Shown: positions 35,996 to 49,155 of the stretch, piece by piece
Layout of the letters: every line of letters begins with the position of its first letter
How positions within the stretch are numbered: the first letter of the stretch is position 1
Assembly (NCBI RefSeq): GCF_037042905.1
Contig: NC_087245.1
Location: 28,894,001-28,958,000, forward strand
Reading direction: 5' to 3'
From: Lytechinus pictus
Taxonomy: Eukaryota
Length of the DNA: 64,000 nt
Made by a program: the position numbers and the translations under genes
Notes under the pieces: generated by a model
Databases searched by the model: none
What the model saw: only the letters and a program-made list of their open reading frames with translations
What the model was told of the DNA's origin: nothing

Positions 35996-36596
35996 AGGTC
36001 AAGTCCATCCCAGAAAAATGTTGATGTGAATAAATAGAGAAAAATCAAACTAGCAGAACGCTGAAAATTTCATCAAAATCGGATGTAGAATAAGAAAGTT
36101 ATGGCATTTTAAAGGTTCCCTTACTTTTCACAAAACAGTGATATGCACAACTCAGTGACATACAGATGAGTCTGTCGATGATGTCCATCACTCACTATTT
36201 CTTTTGTTTTTTTATTGTTTGAATTATACAATATTTCATTTTTTTTACAGATTTGATAATAAGGACCAACTTGACTGAACCATATTAAACAATGCTAATT
36301 TCACATGTTCAGGGAGAAATTAATCGTTGTTTCACTTGACAATGAGGGGAAAATTAGAATATTTCAGATTTCATATAATACAATACAAAAGAAATAGTGA
36401 GTGGGTGACGTCATCAGTCTCCTCATTTGCATACCGACCAGGATGTGCATATAACTGTTTTGTGAAATTAAGTGAAACTTTAAATTGTCATAACTTTCAT
36501 ATTTTACATCCGATTTTGATAAAATTGTCAGTGTTATGCTTGTTGGATTTTTCTCTTTTTATTCAAATCAACTTTATGTTGGGGTGGACTTGTCCT
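35996..36596. mobile_element. TTAA-flanked Kolobok-like MITE of a second family (partial relatives at ~20270-20718 and ~46858-47010)
   Basis: ttaa|aggtcaagtccatccca ... tggggtggacttgtcct|ttaa. Confidence 0.75.
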
Positions 36597-37589
36597 TTAA
36601 GTAAATGAATAGATTTGTAAATGGAGTTTGACAGCATAATTCGAAAATTATGGCAGAGATAAGGAAAAGATTAAAAAGGAAGTTTGCTGATTAGCAAGAA
36701 GTCTGATGATCAGTATTTTCTCATTTACTGCCATTTGGCGCAAGCCTTTTTTTAACCCCTCACAAATGTGTTCCGTGTTCGCTCAAGCATGAACGAAACT
36801 GATACCTTTTAGTGGCATTTGATAGATAAGACTTCAGAACATCTTTTCACAACAAAATATAGACATCATAATTTGAAGAAAAAAAATTGATAGACTTTTC
36901 AAAACTGTCCCGTTTTTTCATACGCACTGTATAACACAACTTGATACGACAAAAATATTACGTATAGCAAAAGACAAACAAAATTATCAAAGATCATAAC
37001 ATATACAATATATGACGTCAATGAACATAACTTCAACAAAATCCGATAAAACGTGTAAAATACAATCACTAAGTAAAAAGTCCACACACAAAAAATGAAA
37101 ATATTGCGTACAATTTAAAATGTGGAAAGCGAGGCAGAATGTACAGTTGACAGGAATATTGGAAAAGAGGAATTGGATATCAATTTACACAAGAGGTGAA
37201 GGACGGAAGGAGAAAAGTATAGGAAGAATAATAACGAGAGCGAGAAGAACAAAATGAGAACTACATGTAAAGCGGAAGAGCAAGGAGAATCGGAAGACAG
37301 TAATAACACAAGAAGAGCATAACAAACGAGAGAGAGTTCATGGAGTTAGTAGTTAGTGCATGAATGAAAAGACAATAGATAATGGAAGAAATACGAAATA
37401 CAATGTAAATATACAACCATAAGTGGACAAGAGAAAAAAGACGGCGAAGAAGAAGAAGAAGGAGGAGGAGGAAGAGGGAAAAGGATGAAGTAGTTTTAGG
37501 GGGAGGGATAATAAAAGATTAAAAAAATATAATGTATTGGGGGAAAAAATAATATCCACAGCAATAATTGCATTTTTTCTTAGTGTTGC

Positions 37590-38100
37590 TGCCATCTACG
37601 TTCGAAAGTATGACGGTACCGGAAGCATGCATGAGGTAAGCGCCAGATTCAAGAAATTACAGGAACAGTTTTCGTAAGTTTGCTTGTAAAATACGGGAGT
37701 AATTTAGAGGTGAGTGCAGATTTCATACTCTTGAATAGTGCATGATCGGATTATGGAACTAATGAGGTGATGATAAGTGGCATGATAGGTTTATAATATA
37801 GTTGTAGTTTATGCCCGGGATCGAATCGCGGGACCCGGCCGGGTCGAGTCTGTCTGACTCTGACTCAGTCTCAGTTCAATGAGCTCGTCCCGGGCGGAGT
37901 CGGGGAGCACCGCCCCGTCGAAGACTGTGAAATCCGCGCGGTGCGTACGGTCAAGTCTCTCGAGAACTAGACAGGAATAACCGTCGTTTCTGGGGATTTA
38001 TTAAACAATTTCTGACATTTTACTATAATCCCCATTCACGGACAGTAGTGCGTGTGCCAGCTCGAGCCCACTCACACGTATTGCGAGGTTACTATTAGTT
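37590..38100 (+). promoter_or_regulatory. CpG-rich putative promoter/first exon
   Basis: Local GC/CpG enrichment at 37810-38090, ETS-like ccggaag at ~37619, followed by splice donors. Confidence 0.4.
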
Positions 38101-38157
38101 TATTAGTATACTAACAGTAGAGGCACACGGCCAATATGGGAGACTCTCTCCAATAGG

Positions 38158-39156
38158 CAAGGCTCGACATTAGCGGTGGCCCGGGGCCACCAGAAATTCA
38201 CCTCGGGCAACCATTATTGAAAAAATATTAAGTTTTGGTTGCCCGAATAGGGCAACCAATAATTTTCAGAAGAGCGCAATTTTTCTCCCCATTTTGCAAT
38301 TTGCACGCATTTATCAACTTTCTACAGTTCAAATTGCAAGCCAGTTCGTCATGCGCCCTTTTTGTTGATCTACACACAAAGATGGCCTACCGCTATAGCA
38401 TTACGTAGCTTTTATCCAGCCAGCCGCGCCGGCCGGCTGGCGTGAGCTTTGCATGCTTGAAGCAGCTGTGCGTTAGCAGCCTATTCAGACTCAGGGAGCT
38501 GCAATACGAAATGTTGCTGCTAAGAAATCTTCCACAGAACTGTGAAAATCCAAGTCAAAGTCACATTTTACACCAATTAAATGCCCTTCTACAGACCTTT
38601 TTGCTAATATCTGGTGTATCCTGATTATTTGCAAGCATTAAAAAGAGGAATCATGACCTCTCTTTTGACTCAAAAAGACCGATTTCCAAATGAAAATAAT
38701 ACACATAAATACACATAGGTGAGTACATTACAGTCCCACATGTGCATTTGTATGTATGTTGTTACTTGGTTTCTTTCGAAGCTGTGTCTTTTCCGGTCTT
38801 TTCTAGCCAAAAATAAACAGACAGTTACTTTCTTTCTTGTTTATAAATGACTTCTTAAACAACTCTTGAGAAAGTAAATACTTTGGGAAGGCATTTCATT
38901 AATGAAATGTGAATTTTTCCAACATTTTGGCAAATTTAGGGAAGGAATTTTCTCACACTTTTTTTGCTGTTTTATTATTTTCTTTCATTTTTTTTTTACA
39001 GTGGTTAAACCATTTATACCCATTTATTCATTTTTAATGTTTTTCTTTATATTTTTCGGGCCACCAAACTTTAATATCGGGCCACCAAAAAAAATTATTT
39101 GAAGGTTTTGGTGGCCCGAACGGGCCACCACCAAAAAAAGTTAATGTGGAGCCTTG
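38158..39156. mobile_element. Non-autonomous DNA transposon with 7-bp TSD (P-like or hATw-like)
   Basis: caatagg|caaggctcgacatta ... taatgtggagccttg|caatagg; subterminal ggtggcccg/cgggccacc repeats. Confidence 0.75.
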
Positions 39157-41095
39157 CAATAGGGGAGACAATCTCCCACATTGGAGACTTGCTTTGCAAA
39201 AGGACAAAAGAAACAACACCAACAAAAGTATGATTTTTTCCACCCAAAATTTTGTCTCACTGAGGTCAGAAGCCCATTTGTTTTGTGTGTGATTGACAAC
39301 AAAATTCCTTATCAAAATAAAAGTAGACGGTGAATTTTTAAAGTAGACGGTGAAAAGGGGTAATTTTTCATGAGGAATCTGCTTATCACATTTTTATTTG
39401 CCGCCAAGGTAATCCTTTTGCAACCAAATACAGAGACTGAAGCTTTTGGTCTAGAGAATTACCTCAAGTGATGTTCGTGCAGGCTCCACTCCACTTCACT
39501 ACCGCTACACTACGCTCCACCTACCCGAACATCAAGACAGTGAACTCATTCGGATACTCTGAGTGGCAAAGGTGGGAAAAAATGCACATTTATTGTTAAA
39601 AATATAAGAAAAGAAGACATCAACAATAAATAAAAGCTTAATTTCTTACTCTTCACCCTTATTTCACTCCGTGTCCATCCTCCAGTCATCCTCAAAATTG
39701 GTGATTTATGACCAGTATCTAATTCCTCACACGTATTATTCACGGCCGATTTCACAACATCGCACGCGAGGGTCGCAGCCTCAAACAGCATGTATATTTA
39801 TATTATATTGGATGGTTCAGAATGGAATACCAGAAATATTCCAAGAGTTTCGAAAAATATTCCACTGATCGTGGACTCAACTGTAAATATTTATATTACA
39901 GGGGTGCGAGAGTTAATGTAAGCTTTATACTGTAGCTGATTTGAGGTATTTTTGTTTTTCTCTCACCTGCATTAGCATAGCGGAGCGAGAATATAGGCAC
40001 CACATTGAAATCTAAGTTTTTGAACATAATTTTAAAGTTCATTTAGTTGATGAAGTGTGGACATTGGGTCACATGATCAAGGTCAAATGTCATATACATG
40101 TAGGGTCAGTGAACATAATGTTTGTTATCATGTTGTATGAATGTTTTTTATGAATAATTATTCTTTTCAATTTCAGCACTGCTGCTATATTGAATCGCGA
40201 AATATAGGCAAGACTGCCAGAGGTGCTCCACTTGTTTTATGTTCTTTGTCCAAAATTATAGTAGCGTATATTGCAATTTCAGTTATTGCAATTTGAAGTT
40301 ACTCACACCCTTGAGTTCTAATCCGGCCTGACTTCCAACATGACATCTCCCTTTTTTAAACATTCAGGATGGACTGCTGATGCCAGCTTTCAACTACCAG
40401 GAGCCTTCTATGATCTTTGAATGTAACAGTGCTGTACTACATGTAGGTGCTGAATGGACTGTCACAATGGCGTCATACAGAGCAGCCTCAAGAAAGACAT
40501 GCAGGTCTTCCATGGTCCTGTGATGGAATGAGCTGTACGGGTCGTGCAGGATGTTCCGAGAGGCTCTAATATGTGAGTAAGTACAATCAATTAGGCTTAG
40601 TAATTAATGGTTCCATGACATTTGCTCCGGTAACAATTGCTGAGCTATACATGTAAATGCCACTTTAAATTCACAACTTCAACCCTGGATTTAACAATAT
40701 ACCCTAACCTAAACCTAATCCTAAACCTAACATAGCACCTTATTGCAACCCTTACCCTACCTCTTAGACAAAATAAAGCCCAGAGGAATTGTTGCAGGAG
40801 CGAATTTTGTGTCACCTGGTAAACAGCTTTTAACTAAAGCATTAGCAGCTAATAAATGCAAGGGTTCTTATGAACTCCTATAAAAAGCGGCATACATTCA
40901 TCTTTTAATACTGACCCCATTCTGTGCCGCCAGGAAGAGATTGTAAGAACCCTTGCCTCATTCTAGTTCCTTATGATTTAAGTACCATAAGGGTTTTCCT
41001 TTGTAATTTGTCTCTGACCGGTCTGCTACAAGAGCTGTGACGTCACATTTCCCTTCACTCAGTCGCAGACCAGTCGTAGACCAGTCGGGTCTTAA

Positions 41096-41473
41096 AGGTA
41101 TTGTTTAACTTTGTGAGCAGCCGATTAAAAAAATTCTCAAACCAAGATGAAACATGTGTTCAAGTGCATGTATTAGAACTAATAAACCCCGAAAACAACC
41201 ATTATTGAGAATGAAAAGCTAAAACTACAAGGCAAACCCCGATTTTGTAAATAGGCGTCTTATAGACGCCTAAATAGTACACATAAGTGTATGGGATGAA
41301 ATTAAGATGGTGTTTTCGGTCACTTTATATTTCAATTTGTAAAGCACTAAATAATTATTTTCGAACGCAATTTTTTCTGGGCTTCCTTTTTGTAACATAT
41401 CACAGACACAGGTGACAAGTGTGACCTTCTAGCTCAGATTTTTAAAAAGTCAAACCAATGTTAACCAATCACT
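41096..41473 (+). mobile_element. TTAA-flanked MITE, copy 3
   Basis: Near-identical to 9082-9454, with TTAA flanks. Confidence 0.85.
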
Positions 41474-44159
41474 TTAAGGTGTGCAGTGGCCTTCAAGCAA
41501 CGATTACAATGTGAAAGCCCAAAAGCCAAGACAAAGTTTCTTCTGACAATTTTCAAATGATTTCATCCTATTTGTAGCAAGTACATGTTCTGCCAATCTT
41601 TAGATACATGTACAAAAGAAATGGTGAATGATGATACATTTTTTGTATACAAAAACAACTTCATATTTTGTTGGACAGGACATAGGCTAAAATCTAATCA
41701 GTTTGATGCATGTGCCAAAATGATGCAGCATTGAGATAGTCAACAGTGAGTACTCTGCAGATGATTTTAAGAAGTATCAGAGGTGTACCCCAAATGAAGT
41801 TTTGCTTGGAAAGTCTAGATTCATGGCAGAAGTTGCAGCACTGCTCTGAGAAGCAAGGTAACAAAGGGAATTATTTCATTTCTCCATGAACATTATATTC
41901 CTCCCTGTACTCTTTCTTTGAAACAGAACTGTAGGATCGCTGAAGCAGACTCAGCAGCCTAAAACCACACACACTGAGATTCAAGTTTGCCATCTGCCTG
42001 GTGACTGATCCCATGTACCAGGGGCAATGTAGCCCTGAGGGTGGATCTTAATATGATGGTTCTACACCTTGACATGAAGAAACAAGGGATAGAGCTGAAA
42101 AGAAGATTTCTAGGTACACAACTGCCTGTAAATTTTCTGTCTTATAAAGGGACAAGGGAATGTATGGTGCTCAAGGACAAACATGTATATGATGATGGAA
42201 AAAGAATGTCTTGTAATACCTTGCTCACAAAATAAAAAAGTAATCAGAAAAAAATGGAAATAAAGAAGAGGATGGTGCATATACGGTTATTTAATGTTTT
42301 TGATTGCATGTTGAACCTACATGTATATGGAATAAGTCAACTGGGAATTCTCATCTTTTGAAATGTATACATTGATCTCTGTGAAAAAAGACTATTGTAA
42401 ATAACTTGCCCACTTATGTCTCCAACCTTTTCAATGAAAAAAAAATCCTGATTCCTTTCTTTCAAGTTTGGCTTCCCATTATGAGATTAAATTCTACCCT
42501 AAGAATCTTGTTTTCAGTTGTGCAGTTATGTACATAGTATCAAGTTTTGCCTGGTTTCATGCATGTATTTGCAGGAATATAAGACATTCAGCAAAAGAAT
42601 CTTGGGGGCCCCAGAGAGATGCAAGACAACACACGCAGAGGGAGATCATCCAAAGAAATGAAAGCAGTTCTTTATGAAGCAAAACTCATACATCCTTCCT
42701 GTACATGCAGAGTCTCTGGAACATGTGCTCAGAAGATCTGGTCCTTGCCTCCAAAGAACTCGTCAATGATGAGAGGTAAGCAGAGTTTAACCATAAGTGG
42801 ATTGACAACTACTAAGTAATTGAGAAATAGGGAATGAACATTTTGTCAAGTATCACCATTCACCAATCAGTCCTCTATATATCACAGTTGATGACTTGAT
42901 TCAGTTGATGGGTTTCGGATGATAGGGTTACGGTTATGATATGGGATTAGGATTCGACAATGATTCAATATATTCATAAATATGACCTTGGCATTGAAAG
43001 TACATATTAAAAAAAAAACAATATATGTTTGCTATAATGAACTAAAAAAATGCCCCTAAATGCTAATTTTTGGTACACATACATGTACTCTTTATAGGGA
43101 TCTGATCAAACAAATTTTAAAAAGATTTCAACATCACCTTTATTTTCTTATGTATTTCTTTTTTTTTCGAAATTTCTAATGCATTTCTTTGTTTTTTTTT
43201 ACTTTTTGTTTTTTTATTGTTTTTTCAATGAAAAATGTCAAGGAGTTTATTTTGACCTTAAACAAGATGGAATTAATTGATTTTAATCAGTAAAATGGAA
43301 AATAATGATACACTTAATATGAATTTTGGCTAAAAACACTATTTGAATTAGATTTGTACACAAATTCACGTTTTGGAGCAATTTTGGGTCTGCATGCACT
43401 TACAAAATGTTGCGTAATTTCAGAACCGCGTACCCGGGGGTAACAATTTTGGTCTCGAAAGTTGCCCTGGGGAATCAGCCCCCCCCCCCCCGTAGGGTTA
43501 AATAATGGTTTTTACCCCGGTAAATTTGAACATGGTTTCAAAATGGGTTTCTCACAATGATAGAGTTACAAAAGTAAAACCAATGTAATTGTGTTCCAAT
43601 TTACTATGGCTTTTTCCATTTTGATACCATGGTTTTTGTCTCTCCTGAAAAGTAGAGTGGGACAGATGCATTGTTGTCATTGAAATCTTAATCAAGGTTA
43701 AGTTTTTTAAATGTCACAACTTTGAAAGTATGTGGATCTAGTGCATGAAACTTGAACATACTGTACATGTAAAGGTAATCAAGTATTACTGCTCATCTTG
43801 CACAAGTCTTAGGTTATATAATCAAGGTCAAAGGTTATTCATGGTCAGTACTTTATTATCATATTAATGGTGATTTTGTGAATAATTATTAATCTCAGTT
43901 GTTTTCAAAATCAGCACTGCTGTTATATTGAATCACGTTCATGGAATGCAGGCGAGACTGCCAGAGGCGTTCCACTTGTACATATTCATTACTGTTGAGA
44001 AGTAAATTATTTTCTTATATTTATGTTTCTTTCTGCAGGAAGCACAGACAGCTATCCAAGAGAGCAAAGCCCCGGAATCGAAGGTTCATCTGGCAGAAGT
44101 CACCCAACAGGAAGCATGCAATATGGAGCTAGATCTGGTAGAAGTCATCATGCTGGAGG

Positions 44160-44690
44160 AGTTTTGTAACATTTGCTTCTGCGACAATTGCTCCTCTATA
44201 AATTCCACACAAATGACTAATTTCAACCCTTGATTTCCAGGGTTCCTAGCCCATCAGGGAAAAATATTTAACTTTTTTTCCAGTCAGGGATAAATCGGAA
44301 TTTGACTTAAAAAATACCTCAAATCAGAAAAATGCCTTGAATGAGGGAAAAATCAGGAAATTTTTATCAGCCCAAAAGTCGAAAGCATGGTAGTCAGTCA
44401 GACTCTTTTATATTTTTTTGCATATCAAAACAACATCCATTGAATGACTGGTTATGGTGGTTTTTTAGTGTTTTTTTTACATCTTATTCCTGCAACAACT
44501 TAGAAAACGTGCGAAACTGGGAATGGGTTTGAATAATTTTCTTGAAAAGCTGGGAACCCTGGATTTGACAGTCCATGTATATGCTACCCTAATCCTATCA
44601 TAAAACCTGATTGTAACTCTAATCCTAACCCTACATCATAGACAAAATAAAGCTTGGAGCAATTGTCGCCGGAGCATATGTTGTGTCAAC
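44160..44690. mobile_element. MITE (relatives at 19636-19910, 40609-40817, 62776-62950) with a nested cagggttcc MITE at 44238-44561
   Basis: TIR acatttgct..gacaattgctcc / ggagcaattgtc..agcatatgt; flanks gctggagga and gctggatga. Confidence 0.6.
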
Positions 44691-44785
44691 GCTGGATGAT
44701 GGATCTACAAGCACATGTCAAAGGTCAAGAAAATGACCAGAATTATGCCATAAAATCCAGTGGTAAGTGTAATGATTATTATCTA

Positions 44786-45400
44786 CAGTTGAGGCCAAAA
44801 GTTTACAAACACCCATGGAATTCAGTGAAATTTGTTTGCTTGTCAAACATCGTAAAATTTACTATATCGTCAGAAATATAAATACTACCACAACGATTTT
44901 GGTATCAAATGAAAGAGAATATAAAGCTCTTTCACATGATTGGGATGCCGTTGGGATTAAAGTATATTTTAGGTGAAATTTTCTTTGAAGAAAAAAAAGT
45001 AATATTCGTGCCAAATGTATTCTGTTGTTATTATATTTTCAGACATCGTTTCCATAGAAATATATAAGTGTCAACTCTATGATTTATATTACATTTTCTA
45101 TCATGATATATCACCACTGAACAAAAAAGTGTAATCTGAAATGTTTGTGTTGAGAAGTAACTAGCACAAATATGACATGTTTTTGTCAATTTTTTAGGGG
45201 GGAAATGACACCTTAATATTTTTCAGCTCCTGATGACAAAGCAATGTGATGAATGGGCATGACATACTCATTTGTTTGATATTAAATTCGTCATGATAGC
45301 ACATAAATATCTTATAAGATACAGTAAATTTTATGATGTTTGGCAAGTGTCAACGTTTCTTCGAATTTCCTGGGTGTGTGTAAACTTCTGGCTTCAACTG
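44786..45400. mobile_element. Tc1-type MITE with Sleeping-Beauty-like ends, copy 1
   Basis: ta|cagttgaggccaaaagtttacaaacaccca ... tgggtgtgtgtaaacttctggcttcaactg|ta. Confidence 0.85.
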
Positions 45401-47258
45401 TAAATATGGCATTTTAGCAGTGTATTAAAACTGCTTATTTCGTTATGAGTGACTTGTTATTATTATTGTTATTTGTTTGGCGGCACCTGTGCCTGGGAGG
45501 CGAAAAGCGAACTAATTTACTATGACCCACAGATCTCTCCCGATAACTGAAGAGGGGGATGCAGGTGGACCACTACACGGGGGTTTCCCCTTTTATACGA
45601 ATAGTGCAGCGGGTTCTTAATGTGCAGAGGTGGTGCCTCTCCTCTACACAGGACCTATCTGTGCAATATAAGAGCATATTGCACGATGTGCCAAAATCTG
45701 ACGAATTTCCTATATTGGCAACCTGCTGTGTTTTCCCTCGGGTCACTTTGATAAAAATGATATTTTCTTCAATGTCTTTTGTGTGACATGGTTATTGGAT
45801 GTCACTAATGATAGGAAATAATAATGTATTTGCAAGTCATGGTCGAAGCTCATTTGAGTTCAATGAACTTTGGGACTCATCATTTTTTTTTTAAGTTTGA
45901 AAAATTATGCATCTACAGTCCTACGTATATTGAATGACATAATGCAGGCGAGACCGCCAAATGCATTCCACTTGTTTTTGTAAGGGACTGTAGTGAAAGA
46001 ATTAAAGGGGAAATAATCTGCCAACTTCCTATTTTACCTCTATTTCCATTTTTACAGAGCTCTATTGATGAACGCACAGCTACCAGATTGCAAGGATGGC
46101 AATGTCACATCGTTCTCGAGGCGACGGATGATGACAGATGCTATCGTCTATCAACAAGAAGCTGCGACAGATGACAAGGATTACCTGGAAGGTGCTCTAC
46201 CTCTGCTGTTGGCTACCAAGAGAATGTAACTTCCAGTACAGGGTTCAAGACCAGAAGGTATGAAAAATCATTGTTTTCAGCTCAAGATCAATAATGCAAG
46301 GTGCACACTACACAATCTTTTTGCGATCCAATTTTTTAGAAAAAAAAATTATAATACATTACAACCTATAGTTCCAAATTCAATCAATCGTGAACCCTCT
46401 TTTAAGATAATTTTACTTTTTGACCTTCCATATTTAATCCAAAATGTGATTTATAAAAAAAAAATGGCACATTTGGATCTAGTAGTGTGTGGCTGGCCTA
46501 ATAGACCATCAGAGATCAAGGTCAGGGGCCTCTTGCAGAAAGAGTTGCATTTAAACGTAACAAATATCAAGCTCAAGTGCCGAATACGGCTGCTTCATTG
46601 CCTGAAAATCAAGTTGTGCAAGATTTTTTGAGTTGCGTTTGATTGCAACTCTTTCTGCAATGGGCCCTTGGGCCCTTAAACATACATTGTAAAGCTTAGC
46701 GATTGATCTTGAGGCAATATCTATGATTGATTACATATATTATGGTGTATGATCACTCATACGAAACATCCCATGATCAATAATTAAGCTTTATGTTTAA
46801 TGGGCCATGATATGATCAAGATCAAGATTGAGACTACGAAACGACTTTTCATAATTAAAGTGCAAATCCACCCCAACAAAAACTTGATTTGAAGAAAAGG
46901 ACAAAAGTCAGACAAGGTCAATGCTGAAAAAAAATCATCAAAATGGGATGTCAAATAAAGATATGAAATTTTAAAGTTTTGCTTAATTTCACATAAGAGT
47001 TGAATGCACATTCAGTTACTTGTTTTTGATATGTCTACATATATATCAGAAATTGGAGGCTATGTGACTTCAATTCCTTGAGCATAAGGTAGAGCATTCA
47101 TAAAATATCCAAAGTCAAGAAATAAATATATTTTGAAAAAACCAAATCAGAGTTGCTTCCTTTTGTCAGTGGATGGCGGTATACAGCTTCAATTCAATAG
47201 AATCAGTATTGATCTAGAAATTGGTATTTAACATGAAGTTGTTCTTTGTGCAAATGGA

Positions 47259-47762
47259 CAGTTGAGGCCAAAAGTTTACATACACCCATGGAATTCAGTG
47301 AAATTTACATAATTGGGATGCCGTTGGGATTACAGTATATTTCAGGTGGAATTTTCTTTGAAAAAAAAAAGTAATATTCGTGCCCAATATGCCTATTGTT
47401 TGTTATATTTTCAAACATCCTTTCATAGAAATATATAAATGTCAAATCTGTGATTTATATTACATTTTCTAACATGATATGTCACCACTGAACAAAAAAA
47501 GTGTAATATGAAATGTTTTTGTCAAGTTTTTAATTTTGATTTGTCTAAATTATGAAGATTTTGGGGAAAGAAATGACACCTAAATGTTTTTCAGCTCCTG
47601 ATGACAAAACAATGTGATGAAGGGGCAAGACATGTATTGGTTTGATATCAAATTTGTCATGATCACACAAATATTTTACAAGATACAGTAAATTTTATGA
47701 TGTTTGGCAAGTGTCATTTTCTTTGAATTTCCTGGGTGTATGTAAACTTCTGGCCTCAACTG
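47259..47762. mobile_element. Tc1-type MITE, copy 2 (internal deletion)
   Basis: Same TIRs and body as 44786-45400. Confidence 0.85.
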
Positions 47763-48919
47763 TATATCATTTTATTTCATTTTGGTGTGATCCGATGGCT
47801 GCGGGTTATATCTTTCTTGTCAAGTTCAGTTTTCAAATGCATTTTAGTGATTTCGTCAGTGATTTTTGAAGCTGACATTGCCTTGAAGGTTTATTGTGAT
47901 CTTCCATTGGCGCTGTATGCTGGAATGGATGACCTTCCTGGTTTTGGTAATTTATAGTTTGCCTGGGCATTCCTGGAACTTCCATTACCATGGTATTAGC
48001 GTAGTATTGTGCAGTAGCCACATTTTCATAGGATTTTGCGGGAAAAAATACTACATTTGTTTTGGTTTCAGAGCCTTTTGGGGGGGGGGGTTATAGATAT
48101 GGACCTATCCATATATATCTCATCTGGGATAAATTTTTTTAATTGTATACTTCAATATGTCTTAGCCTTATTTCTGCAATGAAGGCATGCATGTAGCTAC
48201 ATATTCTTTTATTATGACTTCTATTGTATTTTTTTTTTTTGACAGGACATCTCAATGAAGGGGATCAGATCAAGAGTGTCAACAGTGAAAATCAACTGAA
48301 CATGGTTTCAAATGAAAGGTGAGTTTCATATGAACTCTTGTGGGGAATAGAATAAATCAAAATTTTGTATAGAACTAGGCCTCGGTCATAACATTTTGTT
48401 TTTTCTGGTGCTTGCCATTGATATTTCAGGAGAGACTGGTGGACTGATGGAAATTAACTTGAATAAAATATGAAAGAAATTCAGTGTTACCAAAGACTGA
48501 GATAAATTACCAATTTAAGAACTAAATTTCCTTTTGTATAAATGAAAAAACTTACCTTTTTGATCGACCAATAAAAAAACTATGGAATTGAGTTTATCAA
48601 TTTATCAATTTTCGTGCTTTAGTTTATTGGCATTATGTATCAGTTTGGCCAAATTAGGGGGTCTGTTTGCAACTCATATTTTACTCAACTGGAAAGCTGG
48701 AGGTATAGCACCGTCTGAGGGTGAGAATAGTCTTAAATAGAATATGATTTTAGCCCATTTTATAGATTAATACACAAATATACAGTGGGCTCATGATATA
48801 GAAATTAATGCGGGGATTATAACCCTGCATGTGGATTTACAGCCCTGTGATGAAAGAGTGCATTAGGGCCATTCTTGGTCACATGTGTGACCGAAATTAT
48901 GACAAATCTAGATTTTCAT

Positions 48920-49155
48920 AAGTTCGAATCCCAGCCATGGCGTAATTTCCTTCAGCAAGAAACTGATCCACAGTGTGCTGCACTCAACCCAGGTGAGGTA
49001 AATGGGTACCGGTAGGAAGTAATTCCTTAAAAAGCTGTGTGCGCTATGAACGCCTAGCTTAGCCGGGTAATATAGGAGCGCCTTGAGCACCTAACAAGGT
49101 GGATATGTGCGCAATATAAATACCCTATATTATTATTATTATTATTATTATTATA
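48920..49155 (+). mobile_element. tRNA-derived SINE, copy 2 (5' truncated)
   Basis: B box gttcgaatccc; gtgctgcactcaacccaggtgaggtaaatgggtaccgg; (tta)n tail. Confidence 0.8.

Noticed and set aside
37130..37510. Purine-rich stretch and its hydrophobic minus-strand ORFs
   Set aside because: Low-complexity GA-rich sequence with no splice or domain support.
40700..40760. Telomere-like (cctaa) repeats, also near 44620 and 62835
   Set aside because: Degenerate internal repeats of a MITE family, not interstitial telomere arrays.
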